A DNA stretch of 64,000 nucleotides from Aureliella sp. (GTDB lineage Bacteria > Planctomycetota > Planctomycetia > Pirellulales > Pirellulaceae): positions 2,400,001 through 2,464,000 of the forward strand of contig OY829846.1 in NCBI GenBank assembly GCA_963691875.1. Direction: 5' to 3'. The notes below the pieces were generated by a model that saw nothing but the letters and a program-made list of their open reading frames with translations, searched no databases and was not told the origin of the DNA. The translations under genes and the position numbers were made by a program. Positions 51,816 through 62,900 of this stretch are shown here, piece after piece. Each line of letters starts with the position of its first letter. Within the stretch, counting starts at the first letter, position 1.

Positions 51816-53009
51816 ATGAAGTTCTGGCAGTTGGTAATGAGAAACTTGATGCGCAGGAGGTCACGTTCTGCGCTAACGCTCGTTGCACTTACAACCGCTA
51901 TAGCCTCCGTAGTTGCCTTGCTTGGCGTCGCGGACGGATTCACGCGTTCCTTTGCAGATGTCTACGCGGCTCATTCCGTTGACGTGGTGGTTTCGCGCCA
52001 GGGAAGTGCGGATCGGCTGAGCAGTGCCGTTGACCAGAAATATGTCGATAAAATCGCCAGACTCGCAGAAGTGGATCGAGCGGCAGCGGTCTTGCTCGAC
52101 ATGCTGCCCCTTGAAGAAGAAGGCATCTACGACATCCCAACCATGGGCATCGCAAGCGATTCTTGGCTCCTTGAAGATTATGAGTTTGAAGTGCCCCGCG
52201 CTGCGGCTAATGAAACTCTCGCTGCGGACGAAGATCTCGCCCCCGAAAATGGCGAAATCGAATCTGAATCGGCGCAGTCAATTCGACATCAGCTCATGCT
52301 TGGCGTTCATCTCGCAGATCGCGTTCAGGCGAAAGTGGGCGATGAAGTGCTGATTTTCGAGCAGTCATACCGAATAGCGAATGTTTATCGAAGTCCGAGC
52401 ACGTGGGAAAACGGCTCGATGCTCCTGCCACTCGGCACGCTGCAGGAACTGACGGACCGGCAAGGGCAAGCAACGTACATCAACGTCGTTTTGAATTCGG
52501 ACATGTCCGGTGATAAGGCGGAATTGGCAATTAAAAAGATACAAAGCCTCGACGGCAAATTGCTGCCGTTGGCCACCAAAGAGTTCGTCGAGAATGACAC
52601 TCGAATGCAACTCGCGGGTGGAATGGCTTGGATGACAGGCGTCATTGCTTTAGTGATCGGCACGATCGGAACGCTGAACACGATGCTGACGAGTGTCATG
52701 GAACGGACAAAGGAAATTGGCATTCTGCGTGCGATCGGTTGGACCAAATCGCGAGTGGTTCGAATGATTCTGCTCGAATCCTGTGGAATGAGCCTTTTAG
52801 CTGGCGGTCTTGGCACGCTTTTGGCAATAGGCATGACGTGGGGCCTGAGTCAAGCTCCAGCTGCGAAAGGGATGTTGAATCCCTCAATTGGAATCAACGT
52901 AATCGCACAAGGATTTTTCTTGGCGATTGGAATTGGCCTGCTGGGAGCCATCCTTCCAGCTTGGCGCGCAGCGGCTTTGCTGCCAACAGAGGCTTTTCGC
53001 GAAGGTTAG
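51816..53009 (+). CDS. MacB/FtsX-family ABC transporter permease
   Basis: RNLMRRRSRSALT, large periplasmic loop, NTMLTSVMERTKEIGILRAIGW, PAWRAA. Confidence 0.93.
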   Translation: MKFWQLVMRNLMRRRSRSALTLVALTTAIASVVALLGVADGFTRSFADVYAAHSVDVVVSRQGSADRLSSAVDQKYVDKIARLAEVDRAAAVLLDMLPLEEEGIYDIPTMGIASDSWLLEDYEFEVPRAAANETLAADEDLAPENGEIESESAQSIRHQLMLGVHLADRVQAKVGDEVLIFEQSYRIANVYRSPSTWENGSMLLPLGTLQELTDRQGQATYINVVLNSDMSGDKAELAIKKIQSLDGKLLPLATKEFVENDTRMQLAGGMAWMTGVIALVIGTIGTLNTMLTSVMERTKEIGILRAIGWTKSRVVRMILLESCGMSLLAGGLGTLLAIGMTWGLSQAPAAKGMLNPSIGINVIAQGFFLAIGIGLLGAILPAWRAAALLPTEAFREG

Positions 53010-53131
53010 CGAGAGCAAAGAAAAAAGTAAGTCAAACGGACCCACCGTGTCCGCAACCAAACGGAATGGCAAGCGAACTTGCCGTCCACTGAGAAGAGAA
53101 GCCGCAAAAGACTGCGGCGAGTGAGACGATC

Positions 53132-56100
53132 ATGCAAACATCAAAGAATCCACTCCGCAAGAGCAACGCCCCAGAACCGCTTGCAATTATCGGACTCGGA
53201 TGCCGCTTTCCAGGTGCATCCAACAGCCCAGAAGCGTACTGGAAACTTTTAGACTCGGGCACCGATGCGATTTCTGAGACACCAGAGCAGCGATGGAACG
53301 TGCAGAAGTTCTATGCGGCCGATCGAACTCTACCTGGAAAAACGCAAAGCAAGTGGGGTGGTTACGTCGACGGCATCGAGTCCTTCGACCCACAGTTGTT
53401 TGGAATCTCACCTCGCGAGGCGGCCAGCATGGACCCGCAGCAACGTATGCTGCTGGAAGTTGCTTACCGAGCCATGGAAGATGCGGGACAGCCAGCAGAG
53501 AAACTCGCAGGAGAATCGGTCTCCGTCTTTGTCGGAATCTCCAGTTTCGACTACGCTGTTGCTGGCTTAAGCTTCCAGGATCGCGGAGTCATTGACGCAT
53601 ATTCCAACACCGGTGGATCGTCGAGTATCGCGGCGAATCGAATTTCGTATTGCTTTGACCTTCGCGGGCCAAGTGTCGCCGTCGATACGGCCTGCTCCTC
53701 CTCCTTGGTCGCACTGCATATGGCAGCCGAGTCAATTTGGCGAGGCGATGCTAAGATGGCGTTGACTGGAGGAGTCAACGCATTGCTGATGCCGGACTTC
53801 TACGTGGCCTTCAGCCAACTAGGTGTACTTTCTCCTGATGGTCGCTGCAAGACTTTTGACGCCCGAGCGAATGGGTATGTGCGTAGTGAGGGAGCAGGCA
53901 TGATCCTGCTCAAGCCACTCTCTGCCGCAAACCGTGACAAAGACGACATCTATGCTGTCATTCGAGCTACAGCTCTCAACCAAGATGGCCGCACACCAGG
54001 CATGACAGTACCGAGCCAGGCAGCCCAAGAATCGCTACTGCGAACCGCGTGTGCAAAAGCGAACATCGACCCTGCTCAGGTGCAATACGTAGAGGCACAC
54101 GGTACCGGCACTCCAGTTGGAGACCCAATCGAGGCACGGGCCTTGGGATCAGTGCTTGGCGAACGGCGTGATTCTCAGCAACCTTGCCGCATAGGTTCAG
54201 TAAAGACCAATATCGGGCACTTAGAAGCCGGCGCTGGCATTGCGAGTGTCATCAAAGTGGCCTTGGCATTGCACCACCGTCGCATTCCAGCTCACTTGCA
54301 CTTCGAGAATGCTAATCCCGATATTGACTTCGATGCCTTGAACTTACAAGTGCCTCGCGAGTCGCAGCAATGGGACTCTGAGGTGAGCCGCATTGCTGGA
54401 GTCAATGGATTTGGATACGGTGGTGCAAACGCACACGTAATTTTGGAGCAGGCTCCAACTAGCACGCAGGCCGCCTCGCATTCGATGGCTTCACCTCCAT
54501 CTGATGCAGAGGAAAAACCACTTACCGCACCGATCTTGTTGCCGCTGTCGGCTCGCAGTAAACCAGCATTGGTGCAGCTTGCCAGCCAGTATGCAGATTG
54601 GCTCGATAAGAACAATCAATTCCAACTGCCAGAATTGGCTGGGTATGTCGCGCATCGCAGAAGTCATCAACCGCAGCGCGCTACCGTTTGTGCGGGTAGC
54701 CGTAAAGAGTTGACCGAAGAGCTACGTGCTCTTGCCGCTTCAACGTCTGAGGAATTCGCCGAGGGATTCAGCTCAGCTCGTCTTGCTAAAGGCCCCGTGT
54801 TCGTCTGCTCAGGGCAGGGGCCCCAATGGTGGGCGATGGGACGTGGCTTACTCCGCTACTCTCCAGCGTTTCGCTCTATTATAAAGAAGTGCGATACCGA
54901 GTTCGCGAAGTACGGAGACTGGTCTTTGCTCGAAGAGCTGACACGCAGCGAAGAAGACTCGCAGATGCAGCGAACTTCGATTGCTCAGCCCAGTATCTTC
55001 GCCATCCAAGTAGCCTTGGCTGCCATTTGGGAGAGTTGGGGCGTGAAGCCCTCGGCAATCGTCGGACACAGTGTTGGCGAAATCGCAGCAGCCCACTTGA
55101 GTGGAGCGTTGTCCTGGGAAGACGCTTGCTGCGTTGCCTTTCATCGTGGGCGAACGATGGACTTGGCCTCATCTCAAGGAGCAATGCTGGCTGCCGGAAT
55201 CTCGCCTGATGAAGTACCTCAATGGATCGCAGGCTCTGAGAATGAAATTGGAATTGCTGCGATCAACGGTCCGACGTCCATTACCATTTCGGGCGAGAAA
55301 AACTCCATAGAGCAACTTGCAACGAAGCTGGACGAAGCTGGAATTTTCTGCAGACGTCTGGCCGTCGAATATGCTTTCCACAGTCCACAAATGGAACCTG
55401 TTCAGCAAGAACTCAAACGTGCGCTCGCGCATATCAAACCAAAGAAAACTCACACCTCTTTGATCTCAACTGTCACTGGTAAACTTTCCGATGGCGTTGA
55501 AGTAGACGCTGACTACTGGTGGCGAAATGTTCGCCAGGCCGTACGCTTCAGCGAAGCGATGGAGTACTTGGCGGCGGAAGATTACGGGTTGGTTGTAGAG
55601 ATTGGGCCACATCCCGTTCTTGCCTACGCAATCAACGAGTGCTTCCAAGCAGCGAACAAGTCCGTCCGATCGGTGCCCTCGCTCAGTAGACAGCAAGATG
55701 ATTTGGTCGCGATGACTAAGTCGCTAGGAAGTTTGTATTCGCTCGGCTTCGACATCGACTGGGCAGGCTTTTATAATCGACCGACACGCAAGATTTCTTT
55801 GCCGACCTATCCATTCCAGAGCCAGGAACTGTGGTCTGAATCGCTCGAATCACGGAACACACGCTTGGCCGCGAGCGTTCACCCTTTGCTCGGCGAAGGC
55901 AGCGATCGGCCAGGACAAGTTTGGCAGAGCCGATTGGACTTGAAGCTACAAAGCTATCTGGCAGATCACCGTGTTCGCGAAGCTTGTGTTTATCCAGCCG
56001 CCGCCATGTTGGAAGGCGCCATCGCGGCCTCAAGACAGATCCACGATAGCGATCAAGTGCGTCTGGAACAAGTTCAGCTGCACAAACCTTGCATCCTAGC

Positions 56101-59100
56101 CGCAGACGATCCGCATTGGATCGAAACGAGTTATGATGCAGCCCGAATGCAATTGCAACTTGCGGTTCGAAGCTGCAATGAATCCGAATGGCAATCGCTG
56201 GCAACTTTGCGACCAAGTGCAGATCGACCAGCCTCAGCGAGAATCTTAGAGGAGCAATTCTCGAAGGAACTCGACGGAATTCGTTCGCGGTGCAGCGACG
56301 CCTTTGATCGCAATCGCTTGTACGACTACTGTGCGGACCTCGGACTAAAATACGGCTCACGATTCCAGGGGATCGAGAGCGGTTTTCGCCGCGATACAGA
56401 AGCACTCTGCCAGATAAGTCTTGCAGCCGACGAGTTGCATGGCGACAACAAGGGCTACTTCCTGCATCCGGCCATGCTGGACAGCTGCTTCCACAGCATG
56501 ATTGCCGCAGACTACAACTTCGACGATGTGCTGGACGGGCTCTATCTGCCAGTTGAAATTGGCGAGTTCAATTTTTATCGCCCGGCAATTGATCGCCTGA
56601 CGGTGCATACTCGAATGCACAGCAAGTCGAAGAAGTACATGATCTGTGACTTGGACATTTATGATGAAGACGGCATGCTCTGTGCTTCGATTCGTGATTT
56701 CAAGAGCATGCGTGTCGCAGGCGGCGCCACTGTCGAAAGCACTGAAGATCTGATTTACCGCTACAGCTGGGAAGAGCAGAACCTTGAACCCGAGGACACT
56801 CAAGAACCAGGCGCGCCCAGCCGCTGGATGATCTTCATGGATGATGCAGGCTGCGGGCGCGAACTGGCAGCACGCTTGACGCAACGCGGTGGCGAGGTGC
56901 TCGAAGTCTATCGCAACGGTACTTCTGTCGCTCAGACCCAGGCTGATTTTTATCAGATTGATCCCGAGGACCTCGACTCCTTCAAGTCGACATTTCGGGA
57001 TCTCGCCGAGCAAGAGAACAGTCCCGATCACATCGTTTACCTATGGGGCCTCGATGCACCATCAGTCGATCAGCTGGATGTCGTCGACCTGGACAATAGC
57101 ACGGCGCTGACCTCCCTTGCACCGATGCACCTAGTCCAGGCTTGGGACGAACTTTCCGCCGGAACCGTCGCAAACTTTAGCATCATTACTTCCGGCGCGC
57201 AATCTCGAAACGGAACACCAGAAGACACGGCGATCTCCCAAGGCCCGTTGGTTGGCTTTGGTCGGGTGATTGTCAGCGAATATGGTCCATTTCGCAGCAA
57301 ACTTATCGATCTGCCAGCAACGCTTGCGCCGGAGGATCTAGACAATCTTCTTCGCGAGCTCATCAGTGGAGACGAGGAAGATGAAATCCTGTGGCGCGAG
57401 GGCCAACGTTTTGTGAATCGATTTGGACCTCAGGCAGGCAGTCCGGTTTCGACACTGGCAGCAGAACGACTGTCGTGCCAGTTGCGAGTCGGGCAGTCCT
57501 CGGGCGTTGAGGAACTACACTACGAAACAAAGGCCCAGTTGCCGCTTGAGGAAGGCCAAGTAGAAATTGAAGTACTTGCCTCCGGACTGAATTTCAGCGA
57601 CGTGATGAAGGCCTTGGATTTGTATCCCGGCTTGCCAGACGGCCCAGTCGAACTGGGAGCCGAATGCTCGGGACGAATCAGCCGTGCAGCAGAAGGCAGC
57701 CCATGGCAGGTCGGCGACGAAGTGCTGGCTGTCGCTCCTGGTTCATTCGCAACACATGTAGTCGTGAATGAAAGCCTAGTGGCTCGCAAACCACAAAACT
57801 TGACGCATGAACAAGCCGCTACGATTCCAATCGCATTCTTGACGGCTGACTATGCGATGAATCAGTGTGCTCACCTAAAGTCCGGCGACTCGATTCTGAT
57901 TCATTCGGCTAGCGGTGGCGTTGGCTTGGCCGCCATGCAGCTGGCGAAAATACAGGAGATAGAAGTCCTGGCGACGGCGAGCACCCATGAGAAACGCATG
58001 TTCGTCCATGAAAAAGGCGCGAAGCATGTCATGGACTCACGCTCGCTCGCATTTGCCGATGAAACGATGCAATCAACGCAAGGCGCGGGCGTCGATGCAG
58101 TGCTCAATTCCTTGCCAGGCGAAGCAATCCCCAAAGGATTGTCGACACTTAAAACCGGAGGTCGCTTCCTAGAGATCGGCAAGCGTGACATTTACACCGA
58201 TGGTTCTTTGGGACTATACCCCTTCCGCAATAACCTTGCCATGTTCGCCATAGACTTGGACCAGCTCTTCAAGCAACAGCCCAAACGCATGGGAGAAATG
58301 CTGGAGCGTTTGGTGCCGCGATTTGAAAGCGGTGAGTTGGAGCCGCTTCCAATCACCAGCTTTGCGTCTGACGACACCGTCGGCGCTTTCCGTTTCATGC
58401 AGCAGGGCAAGCATATTGGCAAAGTCGTTGTGGATTACTCCAAGCGACCGAGCGACATCCAAGTCGGCGAGTATGCACCGCTGGAGCTGGACTCTCATGC
58501 CACTTATTGGATCGCTGGCGGACTCGGAGGCTTCGGACTGCAAATTGCACGTTGGATGGTGGAGAAGGGTGCAAAGCATCTGGTGCTCAGCGGTCGTAGC
58601 AAAACGCCAAGGCCTGAGGCCGAGCCAGTTATAGCGGAGCTCCGACAAGCCGGCGTTCACATCGAGCTCTTACCAGCCGACATCACCAAGCCTGAAGACG
58701 TCGATCAAGTCCTAGAGACCATCGATGCGGAGATGCCGGTTCTCAAAGGTGTCATCCACACCGCGATGGTGCTCGAAGACAAGCTGCTAGTCGACCTTGA
58801 TCGAGAGACGCTTGAGCGCGTCCTCCGCCCGAAGGTGCTCGGCGGTTGGAATCTGCATCAGGCGACCAGGAAGCTAGACTTGGATCTATTCGTCGTCTTT
58901 TCCTCGCTATCAAGTGTGTTTGGGCATGCAGGACAGGCCAATTACTCGGCCGCGAACGCTTTCCTAGACTCGTTGGCATACCATCGTCGTGCGTCGGGAC
59001 TGCCAGCTACGGTCATGAACTGGGGACACTTGGGCGAAGTCGGCTACTTGGCCGAGCGCGAGCAGCTAGGCCAGCGTCTCGAGCGCCAAGGCGTCTTGAG

Positions 59101-59704
59101 CTTCACCGTTGATCAAGCCACCGCATGCTTGGAATACGCTCTGCAAACGGCTTCGCTGCAACTGAGTGTCCTCCGAATGGACTGGTCGCTCTGGCGAGGC
59201 TTGGGAATCACAAGTCGCGTGAGCCCACGTTTCGCACACTTGTTACAGAATGTAAGCGAAGCAGGAATCGATGCGAGCGAGAATCTGTCGGCCAGCCAAC
59301 TGCGTTCAGCCGCAGCTCAAGATCGGGTGGTGCTAGTGGGCAACATGGTTCGCTCTAAGATTGGCAGCCTACTTGGAATATCCGCAGAAAATATTGACTC
59401 GGAACGAGCACTGCTCGAAATGGGTCTCGACTCGCTGATGGCAGTTGAAATGCGAAATTGGATCGAAGGCCAGATGGAGATCAATCTTCCCATTTCCACT
59501 CTGATGCGAAGTGAGAGTCTTACTCAGGTCATCGAGGCGATATCCGAAACCATTGAAGACGGTTCGGGGCTAACCAGCGAAGTCGAGATTGAGCCAGAAA
59601 CAGTTAGTAGTACGGAGGCTGAAGCCATGTTGGAGCAGTTGCCAGACATGGCGCCAGAGCAAGTGGAAGAGCTACTCGCTCAGATGCTTCGTGACGATTC
59701 GTAG
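53132..59704 (+). CDS. Single-module reducing type I PKS (KS-AT-DH-ER-KR-ACP)
   Basis: KS DTACSSS/HGTGT/GHLE; AT GHSVG/YAFHS; DH LADHRVREACVYP...HPAMLD; ER IHSASGGVG; KR GGLGGFG/LED/YSAAN; ACP GLDSL. Confidence 0.96.
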   Translation: MQTSKNPLRKSNAPEPLAIIGLGCRFPGASNSPEAYWKLLDSGTDAISETPEQRWNVQKFYAADRTLPGKTQSKWGGYVDGIESFDPQLFGISPREAASMDPQQRMLLEVAYRAMEDAGQPAEKLAGESVSVFVGISSFDYAVAGLSFQDRGVIDAYSNTGGSSSIAANRISYCFDLRGPSVAVDTACSSSLVALHMAAESIWRGDAKMALTGGVNALLMPDFYVAFSQLGVLSPDGRCKTFDARANGYVRSEGAGMILLKPLSAANRDKDDIYAVIRATALNQDGRTPGMTVPSQAAQESLLRTACAKANIDPAQVQYVEAHGTGTPVGDPIEARALGSVLGERRDSQQPCRIGSVKTNIGHLEAGAGIASVIKVALALHHRRIPAHLHFENANPDIDFDALNLQVPRESQQWDSEVSRIAGVNGFGYGGANAHVILEQAPTSTQAASHSMASPPSDAEEKPLTAPILLPLSARSKPALVQLASQYADWLDKNNQFQLPELAGYVAHRRSHQPQRATVCAGSRKELTEELRALAASTSEEFAEGFSSARLAKGPVFVCSGQGPQWWAMGRGLLRYSPAFRSIIKKCDTEFAKYGDWSLLEELTRSEEDSQMQRTSIAQPSIFAIQVALAAIWESWGVKPSAIVGHSVGEIAAAHLSGALSWEDACCVAFHRGRTMDLASSQGAMLAAGISPDEVPQWIAGSENEIGIAAINGPTSITISGEKNSIEQLATKLDEAGIFCRRLAVEYAFHSPQMEPVQQELKRALAHIKPKKTHTSLISTVTGKLSDGVEVDADYWWRNVRQAVRFSEAMEYLAAEDYGLVVEIGPHPVLAYAINECFQAANKSVRSVPSLSRQQDDLVAMTKSLGSLYSLGFDIDWAGFYNRPTRKISLPTYPFQSQELWSESLESRNTRLAASVHPLLGEGSDRPGQVWQSRLDLKLQSYLADHRVREACVYPAAAMLEGAIAASRQIHDSDQVRLEQVQLHKPCILAADDPHWIETSYDAARMQLQLAVRSCNESEWQSLATLRPSADRPASARILEEQFSKELDGIRSRCSDAFDRNRLYDYCADLGLKYGSRFQGIESGFRRDTEALCQISLAADELHGDNKGYFLHPAMLDSCFHSMIAADYNFDDVLDGLYLPVEIGEFNFYRPAIDRLTVHTRMHSKSKKYMICDLDIYDEDGMLCASIRDFKSMRVAGGATVESTEDLIYRYSWEEQNLEPEDTQEPGAPSRWMIFMDDAGCGRELAARLTQRGGEVLEVYRNGTSVAQTQADFYQIDPEDLDSFKSTFRDLAEQENSPDHIVYLWGLDAPSVDQLDVVDLDNSTALTSLAPMHLVQAWDELSAGTVANFSIITSGAQSRNGTPEDTAISQGPLVGFGRVIVSEYGPFRSKLIDLPATLAPEDLDNLLRELISGDEEDEILWREGQRFVNRFGPQAGSPVSTLAAERLSCQLRVGQSSGVEELHYETKAQLPLEEGQVEIEVLASGLNFSDVMKALDLYPGLPDGPVELGAECSGRISRAAEGSPWQVGDEVLAVAPGSFATHVVVNESLVARKPQNLTHEQAATIPIAFLTADYAMNQCAHLKSGDSILIHSASGGVGLAAMQLAKIQEIEVLATASTHEKRMFVHEKGAKHVMDSRSLAFADETMQSTQGAGVDAVLNSLPGEAIPKGLSTLKTGGRFLEIGKRDIYTDGSLGLYPFRNNLAMFAIDLDQLFKQQPKRMGEMLERLVPRFESGELEPLPITSFASDDTVGAFRFMQQGKHIGKVVVDYSKRPSDIQVGEYAPLELDSHATYWIAGGLGGFGLQIARWMVEKGAKHLVLSGRSKTPRPEAEPVIAELRQAGVHIELLPADITKPEDVDQVLETIDAEMPVLKGVIHTAMVLEDKLLVDLDRETLERVLRPKVLGGWNLHQATRKLDLDLFVVFSSLSSVFGHAGQANYSAANAFLDSLAYHRRASGLPATVMNWGHLGEVGYLAEREQLGQRLERQGVLSFTVDQATACLEYALQTASLQLSVLRMDWSLWRGLGITSRVSPRFAHLLQNVSEAGIDASENLSASQLRSAAAQDRVVLVGNMVRSKIGSLLGISAENIDSERALLEMGLDSLMAVEMRNWIEGQMEINLPISTLMRSESLTQVIEAISETIEDGSGLTSEVEIEPETVSSTEAEAMLEQLPDMAPEQVEELLAQMLRDDS

Positions 59705-59720
59705 CATGTGAAAACTTCCG

Positions 59721-59862
59721 TAGGCCGTAGCGAGCGGGCGTTGTTCGGCTTAATCAGCCCAACACACCGATCGATAAAACGCACGAGGTTCCGTGAGCGG
59801 CTGGCCGTAAGGGCGGCCGGCTGGGTCGACTGTGCCAACCAGCGCCGCCCGAAGCTTCACGG
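59721..59862. repeat. Repeat copy plus imperfect inverted repeat in the PKS-NRPS spacer
   Basis: 59721-59745 matches 21980-22005; GGGCGGCCGGCTGG...CCAGCGCCGCCC stem flanked by CCGTGAGC...GCTTCACGG. Confidence 0.5.
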
Positions 59863-59900
59863 GGATGCTGGCCACCAACTCTTTTCCTACCCCAGAAATT

Positions 59901-62900
59901 ATGTCTGCTGATCCCTTTTCGACTTCCTCATCGAAACCTGCATCGCTCGGCGCAATGTCGGAGGAGGAGAAGCGGCAATTGCTAGCCAAGCTGCTCGCCA
60001 AGAAGGCGCAGGAAAACAAGGTCTTTCCAATGTCGGAAGGCCAACAAGGGTTGTGGCATGCTTTCCGGCGTGATCCAAATCAGACTTCCTTCAATGTTTT
60101 TCTCCCCACACGCGTGCGGTCGGGTCTGAATCTCAACGCACTCCAAAAATCAACTGAACTGATCGCTCGACGCAACCCCTTACTTACCGCGACGTTTTCG
60201 GACTCGGGAGGGGAGTTGCTGCAAACTATTCACGAGTCACGTGTTCCCGAATTCTCCGTCATAGACATCCTCGGAGCGGACGATGCGAAGATCCAGCAAG
60301 TCGTCGGGGCAGAAACCCTTAAAGCGTTCGACTTGGAATCGGGGCCGCTCCTGCGGATGCTCCTCTATCGTGTTGGCGAAGATGACTATGTGCTGCTCGC
60401 CTTAACGCATCACATCGTCGTGGACTTTTGGTCGCTAGTGATAATTCTCGACGAAGTACGACGCGCCTACGCAGGATTCACTGCTAACGCCGAGCCAAAG
60501 TTAGATGCGGCGGTGCAGAACTTCGCGGAGTTTGTCAGAGAACAGCGAGAGCACCTAGACTCGTCGGAAGGGAAGCGACTGCAGGCACATTGGCAGCACG
60601 TCCTGGGGCAGGGTTCGCCCGTACTTGATTTACCGCTCGACCGAGTTCGCCCAACTCGCTTTACAAGTAGGGCGGCCAACTGCGCGCTCCCGCTGACACC
60701 AGAACTAGGCAGACAGGTTCAAGCGGTAGCGAAGCGCAATTCGTCGACGCCCTTTTCTGTTCTGAACGCGGCGGTTCAAGTATTTTTGTCACGTTACGGC
60801 GGCGAGCAAGAATTTTTTATAGGCAGCCCATTTTCGGGAAGAAATAGTCGCAAATATGAGAAGACGGTTGGTTTTTTTGTCAACATGCTCCCGATCCATG
60901 CGGACCTGTCAGATGCGCCAACTTTCAACGCGCTAGTTCGCCGGACTGGAAAAACATTGTTCAATGCACTGGAACACGAGAACTACCCGATTGCACGCAT
61001 GGTACAAGACGCCAAGGTTGTGCGTGATGCTAGCCGCAGCCCGGCTTTTCAGGTTTCCTGCACTTTTGAGAAAGCGCAGCTAAAGGAAGAATCAGGGCGA
61101 GCGGGTTTTCTTTTTCCCGGCGAGAAGCAAGTTTGGGATTTCGCCGGAATGCAACAAGAGAGCTTCTACATTCCTGTGCAAACCTGCCACTATGATCTCG
61201 AGTTTATCTTCGAACAGACGGATGAAACGCTGCGAGGCATGTTTTGCTATTGCCGGGATCTCTTTTCGAAAGAGTCGGTAGAGCAGTTTGCGGAGAACTT
61301 CGTTTCGCTCCTCCAGTCTTTGCTCGATCGATCTTCAGAATCGATTCGCCACGTGACCTGGGGGAACGCGGCAGCGGTGGCGAAGGGGCGGGAGGATAAG
61401 CCGTCTGAGTTACAAAACCGAATTGGTCGCGTCGAACACTTGATTGGCAATGTGGTCGAGCGACAAGCTGACTCGACGGCAATCAGCTTTCAGAACACGA
61501 CCTGGACGTACCGCGAGTTCGCTTCGCTTGCCAGAGAAATAACTAAACATGCTGGCTTACCAGAGTCTTCCCATCCTCGCGACACCCTCATCCCAATATA
61601 CGCTCGTCGCACACCAACAGTATGGGCTTCCATGTTCGCACTACATCAAGCAGGATATGCATTTGTGCCGATCGATGCCGGGCAACCAGGAGTCGATCTT
61701 CGCGAGGTGATGGAGCAAACGAAGGCTTCTTTCGCTTTAATTGCTCCCGAATACGAAGCGGAATTTGCCGCAGATAGTTTTGCAACTCGTCCACTCCTCG
61801 ACGCTGCCTCATCCGATCTGCCAGAGGAGACTAGAGTAGCCTCGCCGGTCAGCAGTAGAGGTGACGAACTCGCCTACGCAGTCTTCACTTCTGGCTCGAC
61901 AGGTAAGCCTAAGGGAGTGATGGTCGACCAACAGGCGGTTTGCAATACTTTGCACTGGCGGATGACCGATATACCCTTGAAGCCAACAGATCGTGTGCTG
62001 ATGTTACTGTCGCATCAGTTTGATGCGGGACTTGGAATCGCTTGGACAACGCTGACCCAAGGCGCCACTCTCGTTATGGCAGACGAAGAAACTTTGCAAG
62101 ATCCACAAGCGATCATCGAGCTGATTATCCGCGAAAGAATCAACGTCATCCCTGCTCCGCCGAGCCTGCTGAGCTTGATTGTTTCGCATCCCAAGTTTCG
62201 GGATTGCGCTGCAAACTTAAAGTACTTGTGGACCGGCGGCGAAGCGATGTCGCCCGACTTTCCAGAGCTAGTAAGGAGTCGCTGCAACGCAAGACTCTTC
62301 AACTTCTATGGACCGACCGAAGCTGCCATTGAAGCGACATATTGCGATGTGACTGACCACGACAAGCAGATGCCAGTTCCGCTTGGCCATACGATTGACA
62401 ATGCAGAAATCGTGATTGTCGACGAGCAGCAACATTTACTACCATCCACTGTTCCAGGCGAGATAGCCATTGGCGGCGCTGGGCTCGCACGCGGCTACTT
62501 GGGCGATGCAGAACTCACCGAGTCGCGATTCATCCCCCATCCCGCCGACGCAACTAAGCGATTGTACCTAACGGGCGATCGTGGTCGAATCAACTCCTCC
62601 GGACAAGTTGAGTTCTTTGGACGTACTGATCATCAAGTCAAACTGCAAGGGTACCGCATCGAACTGGGAGAGATTGAGGCGGCCATTGAATCACACTTAG
62701 GCGTGGATCGGGCGGCGGTGAAGATCGTCGACGCCGGCAGTCCAAACGCTAAGCTTGTCGCGTTTGCTTCGCCTCTTTCGGAAAAGTCGACAAGTGAGAA
62801 AGATCAATTGCGAACTGAGCTCCGCAGTTATCTTTCAGATCGCTTGCCTAGATACAAGATCCCTGCGGCTCTCATGATGCTCGACTCGCTGCCTGAGACT

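Noticed and set aside
55716..57031. 229- and 224-aa antisense ORFs
   Set aside because: Shadows of the PKS.
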